64,000 nt of DNA from an uncultured Gemmatimonadaceae bacterium (GTDB lineage: Bacteria > Gemmatimonadota > Gemmatimonadetes > Gemmatimonadales > Gemmatimonadaceae). Made by a program: the position numbers and the translations under genes. The first letter of the stretch is position 1, and every line of letters starts with the position of its first letter. Under the pieces are notes generated by a model that had not been told where the DNA came from, made no database searches, and worked only from the letters and a program-made list of their open reading frames with translations. The DNA is taken from assembly GCA_963843845.1 (NCBI GenBank), contig CAWJMB010000002.1, positions 3,232,001 to 3,296,000 on the forward strand, written 5' to 3'. Below, piece after piece: positions 44,329 through 55,269 of this stretch.

Positions 44329-45984
44329 GTGGCTCTCTCCCAAGCTCTCGATCCGTTGTTCGACCGCGTCGGCGGCGCCCGCCGCGCGGCGATGCTGCTC
44401 GTCGGTCTCGCGACGGCGGCCCTCATCGTCGGCATCTCGCAGTGGGCGACCGCGCCGACGTGGGTGCCGGCGTTCGCGAACGTTCCCGTCGAGTCGACGA
44501 AGAAGATCACCGAGCAGCTCACCGGCGCGAACATCGAGTACCGCCTGAACGGCGGCGGCACCGAGATCCAGGTCAAGAGCGAGGAGCTCGCGGCCGCGCG
44601 CGTCGCCGTCGCCGCCGACGGCGGGCTCCCCTCCACGGGTCGCCCCGGGCTCGAGCTGTTCGATCAGCCGTCGTGGGGGATGACCGACTTCACGCAGCGC
44701 ATCAACTACCGCCGCGCGCTCGAAGGCGAGCTCGAACGGACGATCGCGAAGATGCGCGGCATCGAGCTCGCGCAGGTCCACATCGCGATGCAGGAAGGGA
44801 ACGTCTTCCGCGCCCCCGACAAGCCGCTCGAAGCGTCGGTCGTGCTGAAGCTGCAGAACGGCGACACGCCTCCCGCCGACGTCGTGCAGGGGATCGCGCA
44901 CCTCGTCGCCAGCTCGATCGACGGCCTGCAGAGCGAGCACGTGACGATCGTCGACGACGCCGGCCGCATGCTGACGCTCGACAGCGAGAGCGGATCGCTC
45001 GCCGGCCTCACGAGCCAGCAGCTCGCGATGCAGCGCGAGGTCGAGACGCACCTCGAGAAGAAGGCGTCGACCATCCTCGGCCAGGTCGTCGGCGCGAAGA
45101 ACGCGCGGGTGCAGGTCTCGGCGCTCATGAACTTCGATCGGCTCGAGCGGACGACGCAGGCCGTCGACCCCGAGAAGCAGGCGATCGCGACCGAGCAGAA
45201 AGCCGAGGTGACGCCGGGCGCGCAGGGCGGGCAGGCGTCGAGCAACACGGCGATGACGTACGAGACGACGAAGAGCACCGAGTCGTTCAGCGGCGCGATC
45301 GGCAACGTGCGGCGCCTCACGGTCTCCGTGCTCGTGAACGACAAGGCGCTCGCCGGCGCGAAGCCGACGACCGCGCCGCGCGACGCCGCCGAGCTGGCGC
45401 GCATCGACACGCTCGTCCGCAATGCGATCGGCGTCGATTCGGCGCGAGGCGACAAGCTCTCGGTCGTGAACATGACGTTCGACGCGACGCCGGGCATCGT
45501 CGCCGAGCAGGCGACGCCGGACCTCTGGACGCGCGTCGGTCAGGTGCAGCGTCCGCTGGTGACCGGGCTCGCGCTGCTCGCCGTGCTCGTCGTCGCCGTG
45601 CTGACGCTGCGTGCGCTGAAGCCCGGCGCGGCGCCCGCGCTGCACGACGCCGGCGCGATGGCCGCGCTGCCGAGCGGCGCGCCGCCGAACGGGCGCATCG
45701 GCTCGGCCGTCGATTCGGCGACCGGCTCGGCGCTCGTCGGCGCCGCCGCACCCGCCGGGGCGCTCGGCAGCGGCATGCCCGAGACGTTCGCGCCGACCGC
45801 GGAGTCGCGCGCGCAGCCGACGAGCGATGCAGAGCGCCAGCAGGTGCGGATCACCTCCGCGCCGATGTCGCCGATGGTGCTGCAGGAGTCGACGAACCCG
45901 GTGCGCGACCAGGTCGTCGCGATCATCGACCAGCGCCCCGAAGCCGCGACGCGGATCGTGCGCGAGTGGCTGAAGCAGGACTGA
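44329..45984 (+). CDS. fliF: MS-ring protein FliF
   Basis: GLELFD, MTDF, RALEGELERTI, ASVVL, RRLTVSVLVN, IVREWL. Confidence 0.96.
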   Translation: MALSQALDPLFDRVGGARRAAMLLVGLATAALIVGISQWATAPTWVPAFANVPVESTKKITEQLTGANIEYRLNGGGTEIQVKSEELAAARVAVAADGGLPSTGRPGLELFDQPSWGMTDFTQRINYRRALEGELERTIAKMRGIELAQVHIAMQEGNVFRAPDKPLEASVVLKLQNGDTPPADVVQGIAHLVASSIDGLQSEHVTIVDDAGRMLTLDSESGSLAGLTSQQLAMQREVETHLEKKASTILGQVVGAKNARVQVSALMNFDRLERTTQAVDPEKQAIATEQKAEVTPGAQGGQASSNTAMTYETTKSTESFSGAIGNVRRLTVSVLVNDKALAGAKPTTAPRDAAELARIDTLVRNAIGVDSARGDKLSVVNMTFDATPGIVAEQATPDLWTRVGQVQRPLVTGLALLAVLVVAVLTLRALKPGAAPALHDAGAMAALPSGAPPNGRIGSAVDSATGSALVGAAAPAGALGSGMPETFAPTAESRAQPTSDAERQQVRITSAPMSPMVLQESTNPVRDQVVAIIDQRPEAATRIVREWLKQD

Positions 45985-46049
45985 CGAGCCCGTGACACCG
46001 TAGTACGCGCCGCCGAACGACCGCCTCCCGACCGCCTCCCGACCGCCGC

Positions 46050-47093
46050 ATGACGACCGACGTCGCCACCCCACGCACCATCGCGCTCGAGGGCCGCCAG
46101 CTCACCGGGCGGCAGAAGATCGCCGTCATCTGCATGGCCGTCGGCGCGGACGCCGCGGCGCGGCTCACGAGCCCGCTCACGCAGGAAGAGTCGGAGCACC
46201 TGTCGTTCGAGATCGCGTCGATGGACCGCGTGCCGTCCGACGTCTCGGACGCCGTGCTCGCGGAGTGGCTCGAGGCGACGTTAGGCATCGCGTCGCTCAC
46301 GACGGGCGGCGTCGAATACGCGCGCGAGGTGCTCGAGAAAGCACACGGCCGCGCGCGCGCCGACCAGATCCTGAAGCGCATCCGCGCGCAGCTCGAGGAC
46401 AACGTCGGGCTGCACCGGCTGCGCAAGGCGGACCCGCAGCAGCTCGCGACGACGCTGCGCGGCGAGCATCCGCAGACGGTCGCGCTCGTCCTCGCCCACC
46501 TCGACGCGTCGCAGACGGCGGCGATCCTGCGCGAGGTGCCCGCGGCGTTCGGCGCCGACGTGCTCTATCGCATGGCGCGGATGGACAAGGTCTCGCCCGA
46601 GATGCTGCGCCTCATCGAGCGCGCGCTCTCGACGGAGACCGACATCCAGTTCTCGCAGGGAATGAGCGCGTCGGGCGGCCCGGCGGCGGTCGCGAGCGTG
46701 CTCAATCTCCTCAGCGGCACGCTCGAGAAGGAGCTGCTCGAAGGGGTCAGCGAGCGCGACGCGACGCTCTGCGATCAGATCAAGAATCTCATGTTCGTGT
46801 TCGAGGATCTCGTGTCGCTCGACGCGAAGTCGCTGCAGCGGCTGCTGCGCGAGGTCGAGGCGAAGCAGCTCGCGCTCGCGCTCAAGGCGGCGAGCCAGTC
46901 GCTCAGGGAGAAGATCCTCGGCGCGATGTCGCAGCGCGCGGTGAGCGCGCTCGAGGAGGAGATGGAGTACATGGGGCCGGTGAAGATGCGCGATGTCGAG
47001 GCCGCGCAGGCGGCGATCGTGCTGCAGGTGCGGAAGCTGGAGGAGACGGGCGAGATCGTGCTCAGCGGCGGGAGCGACGATGTTCTCGTCTGA
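46050..47093 (+). CDS. fliG: Motor switch protein FliG
   Basis: GGVEYA, EHPQT, GGPAAVA, MFVFEDL, VEAAQ. Confidence 0.98.
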   Translation: MTTDVATPRTIALEGRQLTGRQKIAVICMAVGADAAARLTSPLTQEESEHLSFEIASMDRVPSDVSDAVLAEWLEATLGIASLTTGGVEYAREVLEKAHGRARADQILKRIRAQLEDNVGLHRLRKADPQQLATTLRGEHPQTVALVLAHLDASQTAAILREVPAAFGADVLYRMARMDKVSPEMLRLIERALSTETDIQFSQGMSASGGPAAVASVLNLLSGTLEKELLEGVSERDATLCDQIKNLMFVFEDLVSLDAKSLQRLLREVEAKQLALALKAASQSLREKILGAMSQRAVSALEEEMEYMGPVKMRDVEAAQAAIVLQVRKLEETGEIVLSGGSDDVLV

Positions 47094-47802
47094 CGCGTCG
47101 GCGAGCGCCTTCGTTCCCGGCATGTTCGCGCCGGCGCTCGCGCCCGCGACGCGCGAGGCGCCGAGCGCGACGACGGCGTGGTTCCCCGACGACGTCGACC
47201 TGTCGTCGGCGTTCGGCGGCGACGACCCGTACAACCCGCTGAGCGGCGAGATCGCCGAGGCGGTGCGCGCCGCGCTCGCCGCGCGCGCCGAGCAGGAGAC
47301 GTTCGAGCGCGAGCAGTCGCTCGAAGACGCCTACGCCGCCGGCATCGAGACCGGCCGCGCCGAGGCCGCCGCGGCCTCGCAGGCCGCCATCGCGAGCGCC
47401 GTCGAGGCGCTCTGGCTCGCCGTCGAGGAGGTGCGCGTCGCCGAGTCGCGATGGACGGTCGCGCTGCAGGACAACGTCGCCGCGCTCGCCGCCGCCGCGG
47501 CGCGCCACGTCATCGGGCGCGAGGTGGCGACCGACGACACGCTCGTCTGCCGGCTCGCCGCGCGTGCCGTCGAGGAATATCCGCAGGGGCAGCCGCTGCA
47601 CATCCGCGTGAACGCCGCCGACCTGGCGACGCTGCGCGACGCGTTCGCCACGACGCCGCGTGCCGCCGAGCTGCGATGGATCGCCGATCCGCGCGTCGAG
47701 CGCGGCGGGTGCGTCGTCGAAGGGCGCGAGCGGATCGTCGACGGCCGCGTGGACACGGCGCTCGAGCGCGTGTACCGCCGGCTGAGCGGGCACAGCGCCT
47801 GA
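47080..47802 (+). CDS. fliH: Flagellar assembly protein FliH
   Basis: AYAAGIETG, IRVNAAD, DPRVERGGCVVE. Confidence 0.88.
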   Translation: MFSSDASASAFVPGMFAPALAPATREAPSATTAWFPDDVDLSSAFGGDDPYNPLSGEIAEAVRAALAARAEQETFEREQSLEDAYAAGIETGRAEAAAASQAAIASAVEALWLAVEEVRVAESRWTVALQDNVAALAAAAARHVIGREVATDDTLVCRLAARAVEEYPQGQPLHIRVNAADLATLRDAFATTPRAAELRWIADPRVERGGCVVEGRERIVDGRVDTALERVYRRLSGHSA

Positions 47803-47826
47803 CGCGTGCCCACCGATCGCACCACG

Positions 47827-49245
47827 ATGTCACACGCCGCCGCACCCGCGCGCTCCGTCTTCCGCCTCACGCCGCACGCGTCGCTCCCGGCGATCCCGCG
47901 GAGCGACGACCTCGTCGCCGCCATGCTCGGCCGCCTCGACGGCACGGAGCGGTTCGGCACGTACGGCAAAGTCACGCGCGTCGTCGGCCTCGTCATCGAG
48001 GCGGCCGGCGTCGACGTCGGGCTCGGTGAGCTGTGCCGCGTGACGTCGCTCGCCGGCGACCGCTCGGTGCTCGCCGAAGTCGTCGGCTTCCACGAGCGCG
48101 GCGTGCTGCTCATGCCGCTGGGCGAGATGGACGGACTGCACCCCGGCAGCAGCGTGCTGCCGTTGGGCCGCTCGTTCGGCGTCGACGTCGGTCCCGGACT
48201 GTTGGGCCGGATCCTCAACGGCCTCGGCCACCCGATCGACGGACTCGGCAAGCTCGACGTCGAGGAGCGCGTGCCGCTCTCCGCGGAGCCGCCGAACCCG
48301 CTGTCGCGCGAGATGGTCGGCGAGCCGCTGCCCACGGGCGTGCGCGCGATCGATGGAACGTTGACCTTCGGGCGCGGACAGCGCGTCGGCATCTTCGCCG
48401 GCTCGGGCGTCGGCAAGAGCACGCTGCTCGGCATGATCGCGCGGCAGGCGAAAGCCGACGTCAACGTCATCGCGCTGCTCGGCGAGCGCGGACGCGAGGT
48501 GCGCGAGTTCATCGAGCATTCGTTAGGCCCGGACGGGCTCGCGCGCTCGGTGATCGTCGTCGCGACCGGCGACCAGGCGGCGCTCGTGCGGGCGCGCGGC
48601 GCGCTCGTCGCCACCGCGATCGCCGAGTACTTCCGCGACCAGGGCAAGCAGGTGCTGCTCATGGTCGACTCGGTGACGCGCGTCGCGATGGCGTGGCGCG
48701 AGATCGGCCTCGCCGTCGGCGAGCCGCCGACGACGAAAGGCTATCCGCCGAGCGTGTTCGCGAACCTGCCGCGACTGCTGGAGCGCGCGGGGAACGGCGA
48801 GCGCGGCGGCATCACCGGCATCTACACCGTCCTCGTCGACGGCGACGACTTCAACGAGCCCGTCGCGGACGCGGCGCGCTCGATCCTCGACGGCCACGTC
48901 GTGCTGACGCGCAAGCTCGCCGCCGCCGGCCACTTTCCGGCGATCGACGTGCTCGAGTCGAAGAGCCGTGTGCGCGACGCGATCATCCGCCCCGACCACA
49001 AGGCCGCGGCCGACGCGCTGCTGCGCATCGAGGCGGCGTACCGCGAGAAGGAAGATCTCATCCTCGTCGGCGCGTATCAGCGCGGCAGCGATCCGCAGGT
49101 CGACGCCGCGCTCGCGCTGCGCGGGCAGGCGCTGAGCTTCCTGCAGCAGCGCCCCGACGAGGGGTGCGCCTACGACATGACGCGCGCCACGCTCACGCAC
49201 CTCGGCGCGCAGATCGCGGCGGCGACGGCGCGGCAGGCGACCTGA
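47827..49245 (+). CDS. fliI: Flagellum-specific ATPase FliI
   Basis: GQRVGIFAGSGVGKS, GERGREV, DSVTR, GEPP, LDGH. Confidence 0.97.
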   Translation: MSHAAAPARSVFRLTPHASLPAIPRSDDLVAAMLGRLDGTERFGTYGKVTRVVGLVIEAAGVDVGLGELCRVTSLAGDRSVLAEVVGFHERGVLLMPLGEMDGLHPGSSVLPLGRSFGVDVGPGLLGRILNGLGHPIDGLGKLDVEERVPLSAEPPNPLSREMVGEPLPTGVRAIDGTLTFGRGQRVGIFAGSGVGKSTLLGMIARQAKADVNVIALLGERGREVREFIEHSLGPDGLARSVIVVATGDQAALVRARGALVATAIAEYFRDQGKQVLLMVDSVTRVAMAWREIGLAVGEPPTTKGYPPSVFANLPRLLERAGNGERGGITGIYTVLVDGDDFNEPVADAARSILDGHVVLTRKLAAAGHFPAIDVLESKSRVRDAIIRPDHKAAADALLRIEAAYREKEDLILVGAYQRGSDPQVDAALALRGQALSFLQQRPDEGCAYDMTRATLTHLGAQIAAATARQAT

Positions 49246-49263
49246 CCCGTGGCGGCCTGACGC

Positions 49264-49761
49264 ATGTTCCGCTTCCGACTGCAGCGCGTGCTCGAGCTGC
49301 GCGAGCGACACGCCCGCGACGCGACGGCGGCGCTCGCGAGCGCGCAGGCGCACGCCGAGCAGGCGCGCGCCGAGCAGGCACAGATCGTCGCGGCGCGCGA
49401 CACGCTCGCCGCGCGCGCGGCGCTCGGCGCCGCGACCTCGAGCGGCGGTGAGACCAACGGTGCGGTCGGATCGTCGAACGTGGGAACGCTGCGCACGCTG
49501 CGCTTCCTGCTGGGCCGGATCGACGAGCGCGTCGCCGCCGCCGCGACGCACACCACGGCGGCCGAGCGCGCGGTGCTACAGCGCGAGGACGCGCTGCGCG
49601 CCGCGTACCGCGACCAGCGCGCGCTCGACCGGCTCCGCGACCGACAGCACACGGCGTGGCGCGCGTCGACCGCCGCCGCCGAGCGGCAGCAGATGGACGA
49701 GATCGCCCTCTCGCGCTTCGTCGCAAGCGCGCTCTCCGAACACCCTCCGACCGACCCGTAA
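49264..49761 (+). CDS. fliJ: Flagellar export protein FliJ
   Basis: MFRFRLQRVLELRE ... QQMDEIA. Confidence 0.9.
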   Translation: MFRFRLQRVLELRERHARDATAALASAQAHAEQARAEQAQIVAARDTLAARAALGAATSSGGETNGAVGSSNVGTLRTLRFLLGRIDERVAAAATHTTAAERAVLQREDALRAAYRDQRALDRLRDRQHTAWRASTAAAERQQMDEIALSRFVASALSEHPPTDP

Positions 49762-49764
49762 CCG

Positions 49765-50610
49765 ATGGCGATGATCGTTCGACTCATCATGCCGTTCCTC
49801 CTCGGCCTGCTGCTCTCGATGAGCGGGACGGCGGCCATGGAGGTGCAGAGCGCGAAGCACGCGGCGGCGACCGCCGCACGCGCGCCGAAGAAGCACGCCG
49901 CAGACTCCGCGGCCGCGGATTCGGCGGGGTCGGCACACGACGACGACGCCTCGCACGGCGACGTCGCAGGGGCCGACGGCGACTCGGCCGACGCCGGCCA
50001 CGAGAGCGGTGCGGCACTCGCCACGGCGGCGGACAGCGAGCACGCCCCCGCCGCGTCGGCGGCCGCCACGGAGCCGCCGTCGCACGACGCACCGAGTCGC
50101 GCGCCGGGTCACGCACCGACGCAGCGGACGGTGCGTCCGGCGACGACGCGGCTCGCGAGCGCACTGCCGGCGGCGCGGCTCGAGCGCGCGAGCACCTCGA
50201 GTCATGCGGAGCCCGCGTCGAGCGACGGGGCACACGACGGCGACACCCATGCCGCGCCCGGCGCGACGAGCGCGCGCGTGCCGAGCGCATCGACGCCGAC
50301 GGTCGGCGGGCCCGCCGCGGGGGCGAAGAGCGTGCGCGGCGCGAAGGCGACCAGCGCGCACGACGAGCCGAGCGCCGTGGCCAGGCCCGACGGCCCTCCC
50401 GAGCGCCGGCTGGCGAAGGTGTTCGGCACGATGCCGGCGAAAGAGGCGGCGCGCGTGCTCGAGCAGATGGAAGACGGCGACGTGCAGAAGATCCTCGCGC
50501 TGCTCGGCGAGCGGCAGACGGCGGCGATCCTCGCGGCATTCGCGCCACAGCGCGCGGCGGCGATCGGGCGCATGCAGTTGCGCGGCGGGTCGAGTCCGGG
50601 GGCGCGCTGA
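49765..50610 (+). CDS. MotE/MgtE-N-like flagellar protein
   Basis: Signal peptide, low-complexity linker, LAKVFGTMPAKEAARVL...RQTAAILAAF. Confidence 0.7.
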   Translation: MAMIVRLIMPFLLGLLLSMSGTAAMEVQSAKHAAATAARAPKKHAADSAAADSAGSAHDDDASHGDVAGADGDSADAGHESGAALATAADSEHAPAASAAATEPPSHDAPSRAPGHAPTQRTVRPATTRLASALPAARLERASTSSHAEPASSDGAHDGDTHAAPGATSARVPSASTPTVGGPAAGAKSVRGAKATSAHDEPSAVARPDGPPERRLAKVFGTMPAKEAARVLEQMEDGDVQKILALLGERQTAAILAAFAPQRAAAIGRMQLRGGSSPGAR

Positions 50611-52705
50611 TGCGGGTCGCATCCGCGGGTACGATGCCGGACACGTTCGCGCCGGCCCCGGCCGGACCGGCCTACGGCGCGACGGACGCGCGGCGAGCCG
50701 ACGATCCCCTCTCGACGAGCGAGACGCGCGCCGAGTCGACGAGTGCGACGGCGGCGGCGTTCGCGGCTCTGCTCGGCGGGATGCTCGCCCCGGTGCCGCT
50801 CCTCGTGCCGAAGTCGCCGACCGGCGATACGCCGCTCGGCGACGGGGCGGAGGGGAGTGGCGACGGCGCGCAGGCCGAGACCGCAGCCGGCGCGTCGATC
50901 GGCGCCGATGCGCCGCCCGGCGCGATGTGCGCGTCCGCGTCCGACGGGACCGACGCGACCGACGCGACCGCGTGGGCAGCGAGCGGCGCGTCGGCGTTCG
51001 AGGCACCACGGCCGTTCGGCGAGGGGCTGTGGGCGATGGCCCCTGCCTCGCCGTCGGTGGCCACGACCGCGCACGCGCGCGGCGCGTCGCGCGACGGGGC
51101 GCCACGCGACGGAGCGAACGCCGTGGGCGGGGCCCCCCCCCGGTTCCACGATACGAGCGCGACGTTCCCGACCCGCACCATTCCGACGCATCAGGTCACA
51201 TGCCGACGCCGGGCGCGCTCGCGAGCGACGTCGCGAACGCCGTCGCGAACGCCGTCGCGAACGGCGCGCGGACCGAGGCGCTGAGCGACGCGATCGATGC
51301 GGCGAGCGCGCTGGTCGGCGACGAGGCGACCGGTCCGTCGACCGACGACGCGCTCGACGCGACCGCCGCGGTCGTCGAGAGCACGCTGCCCGCGCCGGCG
51401 ACCCCCGACGCCGCGCTCGCGCTCCAGGCCATGCGCGCGCTCCAGAGCGCCCAGGCGGCCCAGCAGACCGCTGCCGCCGCGCCGACCGACGAGGCGCGCC
51501 GGCGCGCGCAGACGGACGACGTCGTCGCCCGTGCGCAGCGCGAGTACGGACAGAGCGCGCCGAGCACTCGCACGAGCGGCTCGGTGGCCGGCGGTGCGCG
51601 CGACGTTCGCTCGGCGCCGATCGAGCTCGCCTCGCTCGCTGCCGATGGTGAGGCCGCGCTGATGGCGTCGAACACCGCAGCCGGCGGCACGCCGGCCGAC
51701 GCGGCGCTCGACAGCGCGCTCGTCGCAACCGACGCGCGAGCGCTCGCGGAGGCCGACGCGGAGCTCGCGGCGACGGCGGGACCGACCGACGACGCGTCGC
51801 GGCGGCTCGACGCCCGCGCCACCGCCGCCGCATTCCGCGCCGCGACCCGCCAGAGCCTCGGCGGCGCGTCGTCGGGACCGAGCGGCGACTCGAGCGGGCA
51901 CGCCGGCGACACGTCGCGCCACGCCGCGCGACTCGGCGCGCGCGAGCACCGCCGGGGCTCCGCGAGCGCCGAGTCGACGAGCGCGGCGAGCGCGACGAGC
52001 GCGGCGAGCGCGGCGAGCGGGGCGACGCCGGAGTCGGCGGTGACGCCGTCGGTCGCACCGAGCGATGCGTTCGCGGCGACGCGCGGCGCCGACGCGGCGA
52101 CCGCGACGCGGGCGACGGCGGGCGGCGCCGGGGTGGACCGCGTCGCACAGGTGCACGCCGTGCGCGACGCGGCGGCCGCGGCGCCGGTCTCACAGATCAC
52201 GCTGCGCCTCGCGAACACGAGCGGCGGCGAGGACCAGATTCGCATCGGGCTGCGCGGCGTCGAAGTCGGTGCGGCGATCAGCGTCGCCGACGGCGCGGCC
52301 GCCGAGCAGATGCGCGCCTCGGTCGGCGAGCTGCGCGCGGCGCTCGAGCGCCACGGCCTCGCGACCGACCGCGTCGAGATCAGCGCCGCCGCGACGACAG
52401 CGGGCACGATGCGCGACGGCGTCGACGCGACGCGTACGCTCGCCGCCGCGGGCCTCGCCGAACGAGTCGCCGGCGCGAGTGGCGGCTCGGCGAGTGGCGG
52501 CGCGGCGCAGCAGCACGGGTCGCAGCAGCACGGCGCGCGGGCCGAGCACGACGCGCGCGACGCGTCGCGCGATGCGGCGCGCGACGGCGAGCGCCGCAAC
52601 CGCCGCGACGCGCAGGACGCGCAGGATGCGCAGCACGCGCGCGACGGCGACCGCCCGGGGCGCGGCGACCGCGGCCAGCGGCGGCGCGACCGTGGCGCCC
52701 GCTGA
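50610..52705 (+). CDS. fliK: Hook-length control protein FliK (frameshift probably at C9 run 51133-51141)
   Basis: Low-complexity Ala/Thr N-terminus; C-terminal QITLRL, IRIGLRG, ELRAALERHGL; lies before flgD. Confidence 0.75.
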
Positions 52706-52764
52706 ACGTCCTCCTCTCCTGCCGCCGCACGCGATGACCGCTCTCTCCTTCAGCGCCTGACGCC

Positions 52765-53454
52765 ATGACGACCGCGATCGGCTCGACCGCCACGACGGGC
52801 ACGACGGGCACCACGTCGACCTCGTCCGCCCCGATCTCCCGCGCCGCCGGCGGGGCGCTCGGCAAAGACCAGTTCCTGCAACTGCTCGTCGCGCAGATGA
52901 AGCACCAGGACCCGCTGAACCCGATGGACGGGCAGCAGATGGCGGCGCAGCTCGCGCAGTTCTCGAGCGTCGAGCAGCTCACGCAGATCAACGAGAACCT
53001 GTCGACGCAGTCGAGCGGGCAGGCGGCGCTCGCCACGCTCCTCGCGAACAACGGCGCGTTCGGCGCCGTCGGCAAGACGGTCGTCGTCGCGGCGAACAGA
53101 GTCGACACGTCGAACGGTGCGCCCGCCGCGGTCCTCGCCGACGTCCCCGCCGGCGCGCGCACGGCGACGCTCCGCGTCTACGACGAGCGCGGCACCGAGG
53201 TGGCGTCGCAGTCGCTCGGCGGCGTCAGCGAAGGGCGGCGCACGTTCACCCTCTCCGGCGCGGCGAAGACGATGAAAGGCGGCACCTACAGCTACGTCGT
53301 CGAGACGACGGACGCCGCCGGGACGACCACGTCGCAGGCACCGACCTACGTCACCGGACGCGTCGACGGCGTGCGCTTCACGTCGGTCGGGCCGGTCGTC
53401 ACGATCGGCGGCATCGCCGTGCCGTACATGGCCGTGACCGAACTCTCGAACTGA
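52765..53454 (+). CDS. flgD: Hook capping protein FlgD
   Basis: LGKDQFLQLLVAQMKHQDPLNPMD, AQLAQFS. Confidence 0.96.
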   Translation: MTTAIGSTATTGTTGTTSTSSAPISRAAGGALGKDQFLQLLVAQMKHQDPLNPMDGQQMAAQLAQFSSVEQLTQINENLSTQSSGQAALATLLANNGAFGAVGKTVVVAANRVDTSNGAPAAVLADVPAGARTATLRVYDERGTEVASQSLGGVSEGRRTFTLSGAAKTMKGGTYSYVVETTDAAGTTTSQAPTYVTGRVDGVRFTSVGPVVTIGGIAVPYMAVTELSN

Positions 53455-53484
53455 CTTCTCCCTTCCCCTTCCATCCCTCCCCGC

Positions 53485-55014
53485 ATGCTTCGCTCTCTCT
53501 TCGCCGGCGTCTCTGGTCTGCGCAATCACCAGGTTCGTATGGATGTTATCGGCAACAACATCGCAAACGTGAACACCGTCGGCTTCAAGAGTTCGCGCGT
53601 GACGTACAAGGAGGGCTTCGCGCAGGTGCTGCAGAGCGCCGGCCGGCCGCGCGGCGATCAGGGCGGCACCAACCCGGTGACCGTCGGCCTGGGCATGCAG
53701 GTCGGCTCGATCGACATGCTGTTCTCGCAGGGCAACATCGAGACGACCGGCCGCAACACCGACCTCGCGATCCAGGGCGACTCGTTCTTCGTCGTGCGCA
53801 CCGGCGACCAGAACTACTACACGCGCGCCGGCAACTTCCAGATCGACGCCGAGGGGCGCCTGTCGGCGGCGACGAACGGGTTCATCGTGCAGGGGCGGAT
53901 GTACGAGAACGGCGTCGTGAAAGACGGCATCCAGGACATCAAGATGCCGTTCGGCCAGAAGACGGCGGCGAGGGTCACGACGACGATGGGGCTCTCGGGG
54001 AACCTGAGCGCCGCGGCGCCGATCTTCGACGTGAACGATCCCGACGGCACGGGCCCGCTCGAGGGCGGCTTCAGCGCCGACACGCGCGCCCTCGCCCGCA
54101 ACGCGGGTGCGTGGAGCGAGACGACGATCACCGTCTTCAACGCCCAGGGCATGCAGCACGACGTCAAGATCCAGTTCTACAAGTCGGCCCCGAACGAGTG
54201 GAAGTGGCAGATCGACCCGACGGCGACGACGAACGCGACCACGCAGACGGTCGCGAGCGGCGCCGTGACGCTGCCGCGCGCCACCGACGACTCGGCGATC
54301 GCCCGCGTGCGCACCGCGAGCGGCGCGGTCATCGACCCCCGCTTCTACTCCGGGCCGAGCTCGGCCGGCGTGCTCACCATCGACTCCGACTCTGGCGTCG
54401 CGAACGGCGACGCGATCACGGTCGACTACTTCATCCCGCCCGACGAGACCGGCGACGGCATCAACGAAGGCACGCTCACGTTCGACGCGCAGGGCAACCT
54501 CGACCCGGCGACCTCCGACTCGGTCAACATCAGCTTCGGGGTGTTGGGCACCGACGACGTCAGCATCAAGGTGGACGTCGGCTCCGGCACGAGCGGCCTC
54601 ACGCAGTACGCGACGTCGTCGACCGCCGTGCTTCGCGACCAGAACGGCTACACGGCCGGCACGCTCCAGAACTACTCGATCGACCGCTACGGTCTCATCA
54701 CCGGCTACTTCACGAACGGGACGACGTCGCCGTTGGGCAAGCTCGTGCTCGCCGACTTCAACAACGCGTCGGGCCTCCTTCGTGGCGGCGACAACATGTT
54801 CATGGAGTCCGCGAACTCCGGCGCCGGCGTCCTCGGCTTCGCGCTCGAAGGGTCGCAGTCGCAGCTCACGTCGGGCGCCATCGAGATGTCGAACGTCGAC
54901 CTCGCGCAGGAGTTCACCAGTATGATCGTCGCTCAGCGCGGCTTCCAGGCGAACGGCAAGGTCGTGTCGGCGAGCGACGAGATGCTGCAAGACCTGATGC
55001 AGATCAAGCGGTAA
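53485..55014 (+). CDS. flgE: Hook protein FlgE
   Basis: MLRSLFAGVSGL, IGNNIANVNTVGFK, YTRAGNF, EMSNVDLAQEF, AQRGFQAN. Confidence 0.97.
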   Translation: MLRSLFAGVSGLRNHQVRMDVIGNNIANVNTVGFKSSRVTYKEGFAQVLQSAGRPRGDQGGTNPVTVGLGMQVGSIDMLFSQGNIETTGRNTDLAIQGDSFFVVRTGDQNYYTRAGNFQIDAEGRLSAATNGFIVQGRMYENGVVKDGIQDIKMPFGQKTAARVTTTMGLSGNLSAAAPIFDVNDPDGTGPLEGGFSADTRALARNAGAWSETTITVFNAQGMQHDVKIQFYKSAPNEWKWQIDPTATTNATTQTVASGAVTLPRATDDSAIARVRTASGAVIDPRFYSGPSSAGVLTIDSDSGVANGDAITVDYFIPPDETGDGINEGTLTFDAQGNLDPATSDSVNISFGVLGTDDVSIKVDVGSGTSGLTQYATSSTAVLRDQNGYTAGTLQNYSIDRYGLITGYFTNGTTSPLGKLVLADFNNASGLLRGGDNMFMESANSGAGVLGFALEGSQSQLTSGAIEMSNVDLAQEFTSMIVAQRGFQANGKVVSASDEMLQDLMQIKR

Positions 55015-55054
55015 CGCACGCGGGCACGCGCGGGCACGCGCGCGGGCCCGCACG

Positions 55055-55225
55055 CGGCAATCCTCACCGGGCGCCGGGCGGCACTTCCTGCCGCCCGGCG
55101 CTTTCGTTCGCGGCACCCCATCGCCGCACGAGTCGCGGCCCGGTCGCGAAAGTCGTTGTGCGGACGGCGGTTACGACATCCGGCGCGCGATCCCGGCTCG
55201 TCGCGGCGTGCGGCACCATGCCTGC
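55055..55225 (+). promoter_or_regulatory. fliL promoter: paired palindromic boxes, 27-bp box, sigma54 site
   Basis: 55055-55069, 55079-55093; 55148-55174; cGGcaccatgcctGC 55211-55225. Confidence 0.65.
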
Positions 55226-55269
55226 CTTCTCCCCCTGCGCACCCCCCTCCGGCCTCTCCCCTCCCCGCC

